The notes below the pieces were generated by a model, which saw nothing but the letters and a program-made list of their open reading frames with translations, did no database searches and was not told the DNA's origin. The position numbers and the translations under genes were made by a program. Below are positions 17,204 through 24,546 of a DNA stretch of 32,000 nucleotides, piece after piece. Position 1 is the first letter of the stretch. Every line of letters begins with the position of its first letter. Location: positions 2,370,001 through 2,402,000 of the forward strand of contig NZ_CP066018.1 in NCBI RefSeq assembly GCF_016127575.1, given 5' to 3'. Source of the DNA: Cupriavidus necator. Its GTDB lineage: Bacteria; Pseudomonadota; Gammaproteobacteria; Burkholderiales; Burkholderiaceae.

Positions 17204-19369
17204 ATGCCGACGCTGATCTGCAACTGCAACGACACCATGCCGCTTGACGGGGCGGCATTGTCCGAAGCAACCAAGGACGCCAACCAGGGCCCCTTGAAGG
17301 TCCATCGCCTGCTGTGCCGGCGCGAGATCGGCGACTTCACCGCCGCGCTCGACGGCACCGACGACGTCATCGTCGCCTGCACCCAGGAACGCCAGCTATT
17401 TACCGAAGTCGCGGCGCAGGCCGCGCAGGGCAGCGATGGCCGCCCGGTGGTGACCGCGCCGGTGCGCTTCGTCAATATCCGCGAGACCGGCGGCTGGTCA
17501 CAGGGCGCCCGGCGCGACCCCAAGACCGCCAATGCCAAGATCGCCGCGCTGCTGGCCGTGGCAGCGCTGCCCGAACCTGACCCGGTGCCGGTGGTGGATT
17601 ACCGTTCCGACGGCGCGGTGCTGGTGCTGGGCCCGGCCCAGCGGGCGCTGCCGTGGGCCGAGCGGCTGGCCGCGATGCAGCTGGAGGTCACGGTTCTGCT
17701 GACCGGCAGCGACATGCGTGAAGGCGCCGCGGCGCAGCCTGCGGCGCGCGCCTATCCGGTCCACAGCGGCCGGCTGGCCTCGCTGACAGGCTGGCTGGGC
17801 GCGTTCGAGGCCAGCTGGGAGACCGGCGCCGGCCGCAGCAACCCGATCGACCTGGACCTGTGCACCCGCTGCAACGCCTGCATCGACGCCTGTCCCGAGG
17901 ACGCGATCGACTTCAGCTACCAGATCGACCTGTCGCGCTGCCGCTCGCACCGTGCTTGCGTGCGCGCCTGCGGCGCCGCCGCGGCGATCGACTTCGACCG
18001 CCCGCAGGGCACTGTGCAGGGACGCTTCGACCTGGTCTTCGACCTGTGCGACACGCCTGCCTTCACCATGCACCAGCCGCCGCAGGGCTATCTGCACGCT
18101 GGCGCCGATGCCGCGCGCCAGCAGGCCCAGGCGCTGATGCTGGCGGGGCTGGTGGGCGAGTTCGAGAAGCCCAGGTTCTTCCGCTACAAGGAAAACCTGT
18201 GCGCGCATGGCCGCAACCAGACCACCGGCTGCACCGCCTGCATCGACATCTGCTCGACCGAGGCCATCGGCTCGCGCTGGCACGACGGCAAGGGGCGCAT
18301 CGAGGTCACGCCCAACTTGTGCATGGGCTGCGGCGCGTGCACCACCGTGTGCCCGAGCGGGGCCATCAGCTATGGCTACCCGGGGCCGGAAGTGACCGGC
18401 GCGCGCCTGCGCACGCTGCTGTCAGCGTACCGCCAGGCCGGCGCGCGCGATCCGGTGGTGCTGCTGCATGGCGAGGAATACGGCACGCCCGCGCTGCTGG
18501 CACTGGGCCGTTCCGCCCGCGGCGGCAAGGCCAGGGGAGTGCCCGCCAATGTGATGCCGTTGTCGCTGTTCCACCCGGCCTCGGCCGGGCTGGAGCTATG
18601 GCTCGCCGCGCTGTGCTGGGGCGCCAGCCGCGTAGCGGTGCTGCTGACCGGCGACGAGGCACCGCAGTACCGCACCGCGCTGCTGGAGCAGATCGCGGTC
18701 GGGCGCGCTCTGCTGGCCGGCCTGGGCTATGACGGCGAGGTACTGTCGCTGGTCGAGGCCGCCGATACGCCGGCGCTGGATGCCGGCCTGGCGGCGCTGC
18801 GCCCGGGCCGCAACGCAGTGCCGCCGGCGCCGTTCGGCCCCGTCGCGGCCAAGCGCGAGATGCTGGACTTTGTGCTGGATCACCTGGCGCGGCACGCGCC
18901 GGTGCCCGCGCCAAGCGTGCCGCTGCCGGCCGGCGCGCCGATCGGCGCGATCGCGGTGGATACGGGCAAGTGCACCATGTGCATGGCCTGCGTCGGCGCG
19001 TGCCCGTCGCAGGCGCTGCGCGACAATCCCGAGCGCCCGGTGCTCAGCTTTATCGAGCGCAACTGCGTGCAGTGCGGGCTGTGCGAGAAGACCTGCCCGG
19101 AAGACGCCATCAGCCTGGTGCCGCGCCTGCTGGCCGGCGACGCAGCGCGCCGCCCGGTGACCCTGAACGAGACCCAGCCGTTCCATTGCATCCGCTGCGC
19201 CAAGCCGTTCGGCACGGCGCAGATGGTGGAGTCGATGCTGGTGCGCCTGGCCGGCCATCCGGCCTTTGCCGGCGCCGCGGCCGAGCGCCTGAAGATGTGC
19301 CCTGACTGCCGCGTCATCGACATGATAGAGCGCGATACGGGAACCGCCACCGGCGCCACGCTGCGCTGA
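17204..19369 (+). CDS. Large 4Fe-4S ferredoxin-domain protein (polyferredoxin), cytoplasmic
   Basis: Track ORF, 721 aa, no signal peptide. Four canonical CxxCxxCxxxCP motifs (CTRCNACIDACP, CMGCGACTTVCP, CTMCMACVGACP, CVQCGLCEKTCP) plus degenerate partners (CRSHRACVRAC, CTACIDIC) and terminal CIRC...CPDC. Confidence 0.85.
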   Translation: MPTLICNCNDTMPLDGAALSEATKDANQGPLKVHRLLCRREIGDFTAALDGTDDVIVACTQERQLFTEVAAQAAQGSDGRPVVTAPVRFVNIRETGGWSQGARRDPKTANAKIAALLAVAALPEPDPVPVVDYRSDGAVLVLGPAQRALPWAERLAAMQLEVTVLLTGSDMREGAAAQPAARAYPVHSGRLASLTGWLGAFEASWETGAGRSNPIDLDLCTRCNACIDACPEDAIDFSYQIDLSRCRSHRACVRACGAAAAIDFDRPQGTVQGRFDLVFDLCDTPAFTMHQPPQGYLHAGADAARQQAQALMLAGLVGEFEKPRFFRYKENLCAHGRNQTTGCTACIDICSTEAIGSRWHDGKGRIEVTPNLCMGCGACTTVCPSGAISYGYPGPEVTGARLRTLLSAYRQAGARDPVVLLHGEEYGTPALLALGRSARGGKARGVPANVMPLSLFHPASAGLELWLAALCWGASRVAVLLTGDEAPQYRTALLEQIAVGRALLAGLGYDGEVLSLVEAADTPALDAGLAALRPGRNAVPPAPFGPVAAKREMLDFVLDHLARHAPVPAPSVPLPAGAPIGAIAVDTGKCTMCMACVGACPSQALRDNPERPVLSFIERNCVQCGLCEKTCPEDAISLVPRLLAGDAARRPVTLNETQPFHCIRCAKPFGTAQMVESMLVRLAGHPAFAGAAAERLKMCPDCRVIDMIERDTGTATGATLR

Positions 19370-19404
19370 CAGCGGCCAGGCCACCCAGGACAAATCATCA
19401 CGAC

Positions 19405-20037
19405 ATGACAGATTTCCAGCCGATCCAGCTCACCGCCGCGCCGCCCGCCGACGATGCCGAAGACACCGCCCGCGCCGACCTCTATGGTCTGCTTGCCACG
19501 CTGTTCTACCACGCGCCCGACGCCGCGCTGCTGCACCACATCGCCGCCAACCGCGCCGTGGGCGAGGACGCGAACACCGTGCTGGGCAAGGCGTGGAACG
19601 CATTGTGCGATGCAGCATCGGAGACCACGGCGGCCGAGGCCGAGGACGAGTACCGGCAGCTGTTCGTGGGCGTGGGCCGCCAGGATGTGTTCCTGTACGG
19701 CTCCTTCTACATGACCGGTTTCCTGAACGAGCGCCCGCTGGTGGCGCTGCGCGAAGACCTGGCCCGCTACGGCCTGGAGCGCCATGAAGATGTCAGCGAA
19801 ACCGAGGACCATATCGCCACGCTGTGCGAGGTGATGCGCTTCCTGGTGGCGGGCGACGACCTGGCGGTGTCCAACCTGGGCGAGCAGCAGCGTTTCTATG
19901 CGCAGCACCTGCAGCCCTGGGTGGAGCGATTGTGCGATGCAGTGACGACGCACCCGCAGGCGCGTTTCTATCGCAGCGTGGCAGGCTTGCTGGGCGCGTT
20001 TGCCGGCGTGGAAGCGATGGCGCTCGAGATGCATTGA
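19405..20037 (+). CDS. TorD/DmsD-family redox-enzyme maturation chaperone
   Basis: Track ORF, 210 aa. Typical TorD-like strings ARADLYGLLATLFYHAP, EYRQLFVG, EDHIATLCEVMRFL. Confidence 0.85.
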   Translation: MTDFQPIQLTAAPPADDAEDTARADLYGLLATLFYHAPDAALLHHIAANRAVGEDANTVLGKAWNALCDAASETTAAEAEDEYRQLFVGVGRQDVFLYGSFYMTGFLNERPLVALREDLARYGLERHEDVSETEDHIATLCEVMRFLVAGDDLAVSNLGEQQRFYAQHLQPWVERLCDAVTTHPQARFYRSVAGLLGAFAGVEAMALEMH

Positions 20038-20099
20038 GCGGGCGGCATTGAATATCGGCGCGCTTCGAGGCTTCTTTAGCGCAGCGGGCCCAAGGCGGC

Positions 20100-20236
20100 C
20101 ATTTACACGAAAATGGGTTGGAAAGTAGGGAAAAACCCGTGCATATCATGGTCTTTCCTGCTAGTTGATTCTAGAATATGCATAACAACGCATAACGGCT
20201 AAAACCATCGGGCTTGGACAGCCGAGGAGCCCCCAC
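20100..20236 (+). promoter_or_regulatory. AT-rich island upstream of the FDH structural genes; candidate promoter/operator region
   Basis: GC drops visibly compared with flanking sequence. Elements seen: a -10-like TAGAAT (20172-20177) with a weak -35 TGGTCT 17 nt upstream; the inverted repeat TGCATAT (20140-20146) / ATATGCA (20176-20182); the direct repeat GCATAAC at 20180-20186 and 20190-20196; and SD GAGGAG before ATG 20237. Hand-picked, no experimental support. Confidence 0.3.
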
Positions 20237-20452
20237 ATGACACAGAAGCAAACCAGGGTCGCGCGCCGCACGTTTCTCGCGGGCGCTGGAGTTGTGGCTG
20301 CCGCTACGGGTGCGGCAGCGCTGACCGCGCGCGGTCCGGCCATGCCGGACCAGGCCGCAGCTCTGCCGGAACCCACCGATCCTCCGTCGGCCAGCAAGGG
20401 TTACCGGGTCTCTGACCACATCCGCAAGTACTACCGGACCACGCTGGTGTAG
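20237..20452 (+). CDS. Small twin-arginine-signal protein of the 'formate dehydrogenase region TAT target' family
   Basis: Track ORF, 71 aa, with GAGGAG 8 nt upstream. Tat motif ARRTFLAGAG. The C-terminal YRVSDHIRKYY fits the family motif Y-[HRK]-x-[ST]-x-H-[IV]-x-x-[YF]-Y as I recall it. Confidence 0.78.
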   Translation: MTQKQTRVARRTFLAGAGVVAAATGAAALTARGPAMPDQAAALPEPTDPPSASKGYRVSDHIRKYYRTTLV

Positions 20453-20523
20453 CTGCCAGGGCGGTGTGGTCTGCCGCACCGCCTGCAACCGGACGCGACC
20501 TGCGTCCGCATCTGAGGTGAGAC

Positions 20524-23500
20524 ATGATCTTGACCCGCAAACGCGCGGCGCAGGGCGCATCCGCCCGCCTCGCTGACGGCCTGGCCAACCGGCCTGAACA
20601 TGCCGGCGCAGCCTCCGGCCGACTCTCGCAGCGGCTCGCGGCCAGCCTGGCCGGCGCGATGCCGACCATGGACCGCCGCAGCTTCCTCAAGCGCTCTGGC
20701 ATCGGCGTCGGTGCCGGGCTGGCGGCCTCGCAGCTGACGCTGATCCGCAAGGCGGACGCAGCCGACGACAAGAAGGCGGCTGCCGACGGCAAGACCGGCA
20801 TCGTGGTCAGGCGCACCGTGTGCGGCCACTGCTCGGTCGGCTGCGCGGTCGACGCGGTGGTGCAGAACGGCGTGTGGATCCGCCAGGAGCCGGTGTTCGA
20901 TTCGCCCATCAACCTGGGCGCGCACTGCGCCAAGGGCGCGGCGCTGCGCGAGCACGGCCACGGCGAATACCGCCTCAAGTACCCGATGAAGCTGGTCAAC
21001 GGCAAGTACCAGCGCATCAGCTGGGACCAGGCGCTGGACGAGATCACCGCGAAGATGAAGGAGATCCGCCAGCAGACCGGCCCGGACTCGATGTTCTTCG
21101 TCGGCTCGTCCAAGCACAGCAACGAGCAGGCCTACCTGCTGCGCAAGTGGGTGTCGTTCTTCGGCACCAACAACACCGACCACCAGGCGCGCATCTGTCA
21201 CTCAACCACCGTGGCGGGCGTGGCGAATACCTGGGGATACGGGGCGATGACCAACTCGTACAACGATATGCAGAACGCGAAGGCAGCGCTGTATATCGGC
21301 TCCAACGCGGCCGAGGCGCACCCGGTATCGATGCTGCACCTGCTGCACGCCAAGGAGAACGGCTGCAAGGTGATCGTGGTCGATCCGCGCTACACGCGCA
21401 CCGCAGCCAAGGCGCAACACTACGTGCGCATCCGCTCGGGTACCGACATCGCGTTCCTGTTCGGCATGCTGTACCACATCTTCCAGAACGGCTGGGAAGA
21501 CCAGAAGTACCTGCAGGACCGCGTCTACGGCATGGACAAGGTCAAGGAAGAGGTCATGGCCAAGTGGACGCCCGACAAGGTCGAGGAAGTCTGCGGCGTG
21601 CCCGAGGCGCAGGTGAAGATGGTGGCCGAGATCATGGCCAAGAACCGTCCCAGCACGCTGGTGTGGTGCATGGGTCAGACCCAGCACACCATCGGCAACG
21701 CGATCGTGCGGGCCTCGTGCCTCGTGCAGCTGGCGCTGGGCAATATCGGCGTGGCGGGAGGCGGCGCCAACATCTTCCGCGGCCATGACAACGTGCAGGG
21801 CGCCACGGACGTGGGCCCCAACCCGGACTCGCTGCCGGGCTACTACGGCCTGGCCACCGGCGCGTGGAAGCACTACGCCGCGGTGTGGGGTGTGGACTAT
21901 GAATGGATCAAGAAGCAGTTCGTCTCGCAGGCGATGATGGAGAAGTCCGGCACCACGGTGTCGCGCTGGATCGATATCGTCACCGAGAAGAACGAGCTGA
22001 TCGACCAGGACAACAACGTGCGCGGCGTGTTCTTCTGGGGCCATGCCCCGAACTCGCAGACGCGCGGCCTGGAGATGAAGAAGGCGCTGGACAAGCTCGA
22101 CCTGCTGGTGGTGGTCGACCCCTATCCGTCGGCGACCGCGGCCATGGCCAACATGCCGCCGGCCGAGGGCGACAAGGTCAACCCGAACCGCGCGGTCTAC
22201 CTGCTGCCGGCATGCACGCAGTTCGAGACCTCGGGCACGTGCACCGCGTCGAACCGCTCGCTGCAATGGCGCGAGAAGGTCATCGAGCCGCTGTTCGAGT
22301 CGATGCCCGACCATACGCTGATGCAGGCGTTTGCCGACCGGCTCGGCTTTGGCAAGGAGCTGTCGAAGAACATGAAGCTGATCGAGGTGAAGCGCGCCGG
22401 CCGCACCTGGATGGAGCCGGAGCCAGAATCGATCCTGCGCGAGATCAACGCCAGCAACTGGACCATCGGCTACACCGGCCAGTCGCCGGAGCGGTTGAAG
22501 GCGCATATGCGCAATATGCAGATGTTCGACGTCAAGACGCTGCGCTGCAAGGCGGGCAAGGACCCGGTGACCGGCTACGACCTGAGCGGCGACTACTTCG
22601 GGCTGCCGTGGCCGTGCTACGGCACGCCGGAACTGAAGCACCCGGGCTCGCCCAACCTGTACGACACCAGCAAGCACGTGATGGACGGCGGCGGCAACTT
22701 CCGCGCCAATTTCGGCGTGGAGCGCGACGGCGTCAGCCTGCTGGCGGAGGACGGTTCGTATTCGCTGGGCGCTGAGATCACCACCGGCTATCCGGAGTTC
22801 GATCATGTGCTGCTGAAGAAGCTGGGGTGGTGGGACGACCTGACCGATGCCGAGAAGGCCAAGGCCGAAGGCAAGAACTGGAAGACCGACCTGTCGGGCG
22901 GCATCCAGCGCGTGGTGATGAAGAACCATGGCTGCCACCCGTTCGGCAACGCCAAGGCGCGCGCGGTGGTATGGAACTTCCCCGACGCGATCCCGCAGCA
23001 TCGCGAGCCGCTGTACTCCACGCGCCCGGACATGGTCGCCAAGTACCCGACCCACGACGACAAGATGGCGTTCTGGCGGCTGCCGACGCTGTACAAGTCG
23101 GTGCAGCAGCGCAATATCGAGAACAAGGTCTATGAAAAGTTCCCGATCATCCTGACCTCCGGGCGGCTGGTCGAGTACGAGGGCGGTGGCGAAGAAACCC
23201 GCTCCAACCCGTGGCTGGCCGAACTGCAGCAGGAGAACTTCGTCGAGATCAACCCGCGCGCGGCGTCCGACCGCGGTATCCGCAACGGTGACTTTTGCTG
23301 GGTGAAGACGCCCACCGGGGCCCGCATCAAGGTGCGCGCGCTGGTGACCGAGCGGGTGGGGCCCGATACCGCGTTTATCCCGTTCCATTTCTCGGGCTGG
23401 TGGCAAGGCAAGGACCTGAAGGACTACTACCCCGCGGGCGCGATGCCGGTGGTGCGGGGCGAGGCGGTCAACACGGCCACCACCTACGGCTATGACTCGG

Positions 23501-23556
23501 TGACGATGATGCAGGAAACCAAGACCACCGTTTGCCAGATCGAGCGGTTTGCCTAA
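20524..23556 (+). CDS. Formate dehydrogenase catalytic (alpha) subunit, molybdopterin/MopB superfamily, Tat-exported, cysteine type
   Basis: Track ORF, 1010 aa. Tat motif MDRRSFLKRSG. N-terminal Fe-S Cys group CGHCSVGC...C. Active-site segment HQARICHSTTVAG, with Cys (TGT 21196-21198) where E. coli FdnG/FdoG have Sec. Start uncertain: ATG 20524 has SD GAGGTGA, while ATG 20659 and 20668 lack one. Confidence 0.93.
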   Translation: MILTRKRAAQGASARLADGLANRPEHAGAASGRLSQRLAASLAGAMPTMDRRSFLKRSGIGVGAGLAASQLTLIRKADAADDKKAAADGKTGIVVRRTVCGHCSVGCAVDAVVQNGVWIRQEPVFDSPINLGAHCAKGAALREHGHGEYRLKYPMKLVNGKYQRISWDQALDEITAKMKEIRQQTGPDSMFFVGSSKHSNEQAYLLRKWVSFFGTNNTDHQARICHSTTVAGVANTWGYGAMTNSYNDMQNAKAALYIGSNAAEAHPVSMLHLLHAKENGCKVIVVDPRYTRTAAKAQHYVRIRSGTDIAFLFGMLYHIFQNGWEDQKYLQDRVYGMDKVKEEVMAKWTPDKVEEVCGVPEAQVKMVAEIMAKNRPSTLVWCMGQTQHTIGNAIVRASCLVQLALGNIGVAGGGANIFRGHDNVQGATDVGPNPDSLPGYYGLATGAWKHYAAVWGVDYEWIKKQFVSQAMMEKSGTTVSRWIDIVTEKNELIDQDNNVRGVFFWGHAPNSQTRGLEMKKALDKLDLLVVVDPYPSATAAMANMPPAEGDKVNPNRAVYLLPACTQFETSGTCTASNRSLQWREKVIEPLFESMPDHTLMQAFADRLGFGKELSKNMKLIEVKRAGRTWMEPEPESILREINASNWTIGYTGQSPERLKAHMRNMQMFDVKTLRCKAGKDPVTGYDLSGDYFGLPWPCYGTPELKHPGSPNLYDTSKHVMDGGGNFRANFGVERDGVSLLAEDGSYSLGAEITTGYPEFDHVLLKKLGWWDDLTDAEKAKAEGKNWKTDLSGGIQRVVMKNHGCHPFGNAKARAVVWNFPDAIPQHREPLYSTRPDMVAKYPTHDDKMAFWRLPTLYKSVQQRNIENKVYEKFPIILTSGRLVEYEGGGEETRSNPWLAELQQENFVEINPRAASDRGIRNGDFCWVKTPTGARIKVRALVTERVGPDTAFIPFHFSGWWQGKDLKDYYPAGAMPVVRGEAVNTATTYGYDSVTMMQETKTTVCQIERFA

Positions 23557-23571
23557 GCGCAGAGGGACACC

Positions 23572-24249
23572 ATGGCACGCATGAAATTTATCTGTGACGC
23601 CGAGCGCTGCATCGAGTGCAACAGCTGCGTCACTGCCTGCAAGAACGAGCACGAGGTGCCCTGGGGCGTGAACCGGCGCCGCGTGGTCACCGTCAACGAC
23701 GGCATGGTCGGCGCCGAGAAATCGATCTCGGTGGCCTGCATGCACTGTTCGGACGCGCCCTGCATGGCGGTCTGCCCGGTCGACTGCTTCTACCGCACCG
23801 AGGACGGCGTGGTGCTGCACGACAAGGACGTCTGCATCGGCTGCGGCTACTGCTCCTACGCCTGCCCGTTCGGCGCGCCGCAGTTCCCGTCGACCGGCAC
23901 CTTCGGCGTGCGCGGCAAGATGGACAAGTGCACCTTCTGCGCTGGCGGCCCGGAAAAGAACGGCTCGGAAGCTGAGTTCGAGAAATACGGCCGCAACCGC
24001 CTGGCCGAAGGCAAGCTGCCGCTGTGCGCCGAGATGTGCTCGACCAAGGCGCTGCTGGGCGGCGACGGCGATGTGATCGCCGACATCCTGCGCAACCGCG
24101 TGATCAAGCGCGGCACCGGCGGCGACGTGTTCGGCTGGGGCACGGCCTACGGCACCGCCAAGGGCGGCGCGGCCCAGCCGGCCCAACCGGCACAGCCGGC
24201 GCCCGCTGCACCGGCCGCACCCGCGGCCCCGGGAGGGCAAGCGTCATGA
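23572..24249 (+). CDS. fdh3B: Formate dehydrogenase iron-sulfur (beta) subunit, FDH3-beta-like, without a C-terminal TM anchor
   Basis: Track ORF, 225 aa. Four ferredoxin-type Cys groups (CIECNSCVTAC, CMHCSDAPCMAVCP, CIGCGYCSYACP, CTFC...C). Pro/Ala-rich hydrophilic tail. The symbol is my recollection of how this short beta type is named in NCBI annotations. Confidence 0.9.
   Translation: MARMKFICDAERCIECNSCVTACKNEHEVPWGVNRRRVVTVNDGMVGAEKSISVACMHCSDAPCMAVCPVDCFYRTEDGVVLHDKDVCIGCGYCSYACPFGAPQFPSTGTFGVRGKMDKCTFCAGGPEKNGSEAEFEKYGRNRLAEGKLPLCAEMCSTKALLGGDGDVIADILRNRVIKRGTGGDVFGWGTAYGTAKGGAAQPAQPAQPAPAAPAAPAAPGGQAS
24172..24198 (+). repeat. Three imperfect tandem 9-bp units (GCCCAGCCG GCCCAACCG GCACAGCCG) encoding (AQP)3 in the FDH beta tail
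   Basis: Read directly from the sequence. The tract continues as a further Ala/Pro-rich stretch up to the stop codon. Confidence 0.6.
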
Positions 24250-24482
24250 ACCGCGTCCGCGTTGTTGCATTGGTGTCGCTGTGCGGCGTGCTGCTGGCAG
24301 CTTGCGGCGAGAAGCCGCAGACCATCAGCCCGTCGCACCGCAAGACTGACGCCCAGGCCTACCAGGGCGCCCCGGATGATCCGTTCGTGGCCAAGGGCTG
24401 GAAGCAGGGCGACAAGACCAGCTGGGACAACCAGATTCGCCAGCGCAACCAGTTGCAGAACGAGTACAACCGCACGCAATGA
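24246..24482 (+). CDS. Small lipoprotein (78 aa), translationally coupled to FDH beta
   Basis: Internal ATG 24246 of track ORF 24024..24482 overlaps the beta stop as ATGA. Signal plus lipobox MNRVRVVALVSLCGVLLAAC. Hydrophilic mature part. No family recognised. Confidence 0.65.
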   Translation: MNRVRVVALVSLCGVLLAACGEKPQTISPSHRKTDAQAYQGAPDDPFVAKGWKQGDKTSWDNQIRQRNQLQNEYNRTQ

Positions 24483-24546
24483 AGGCGCTGCAGCTGGGCC
24501 GCCCCGGCAGCCGGGCGCTGGCCCTCGACGATCCGAAGGAGTGCAC

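Noticed and set aside
20038-20236. Molybdenum-cofactor (Moco) riboswitch or sigma-54 promoter upstream of the FDH genes
   Set aside because: I could not find the conserved Moco-motif elements as I remember them, nor a GG-N10-GC spacing. This is an eye-level check only; a covariance-model scan (Rfam Moco_RNA_motif) would be decisive.
20524-23556. Selenocysteine/SECIS element in FDH alpha
   Set aside because: There is no in-frame TGA. The active-site position is TGT (Cys) at 21196-21198.
21202-24240. 1012-aa minus-strand ORF
   Set aside because: Antisense to FDH alpha and beta, which have unmistakable motifs. Shadow ORF.
24262-24546. N-terminal extension of the gamma subunit (497-aa form), and the 152-aa form of the lipoprotein ORF (24024..24482)
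   Set aside because: The extensions overlap neighbouring genes in other frames and are Arg-rich. The internal starts have an SD or ATGA coupling and are followed immediately by signal peptides.
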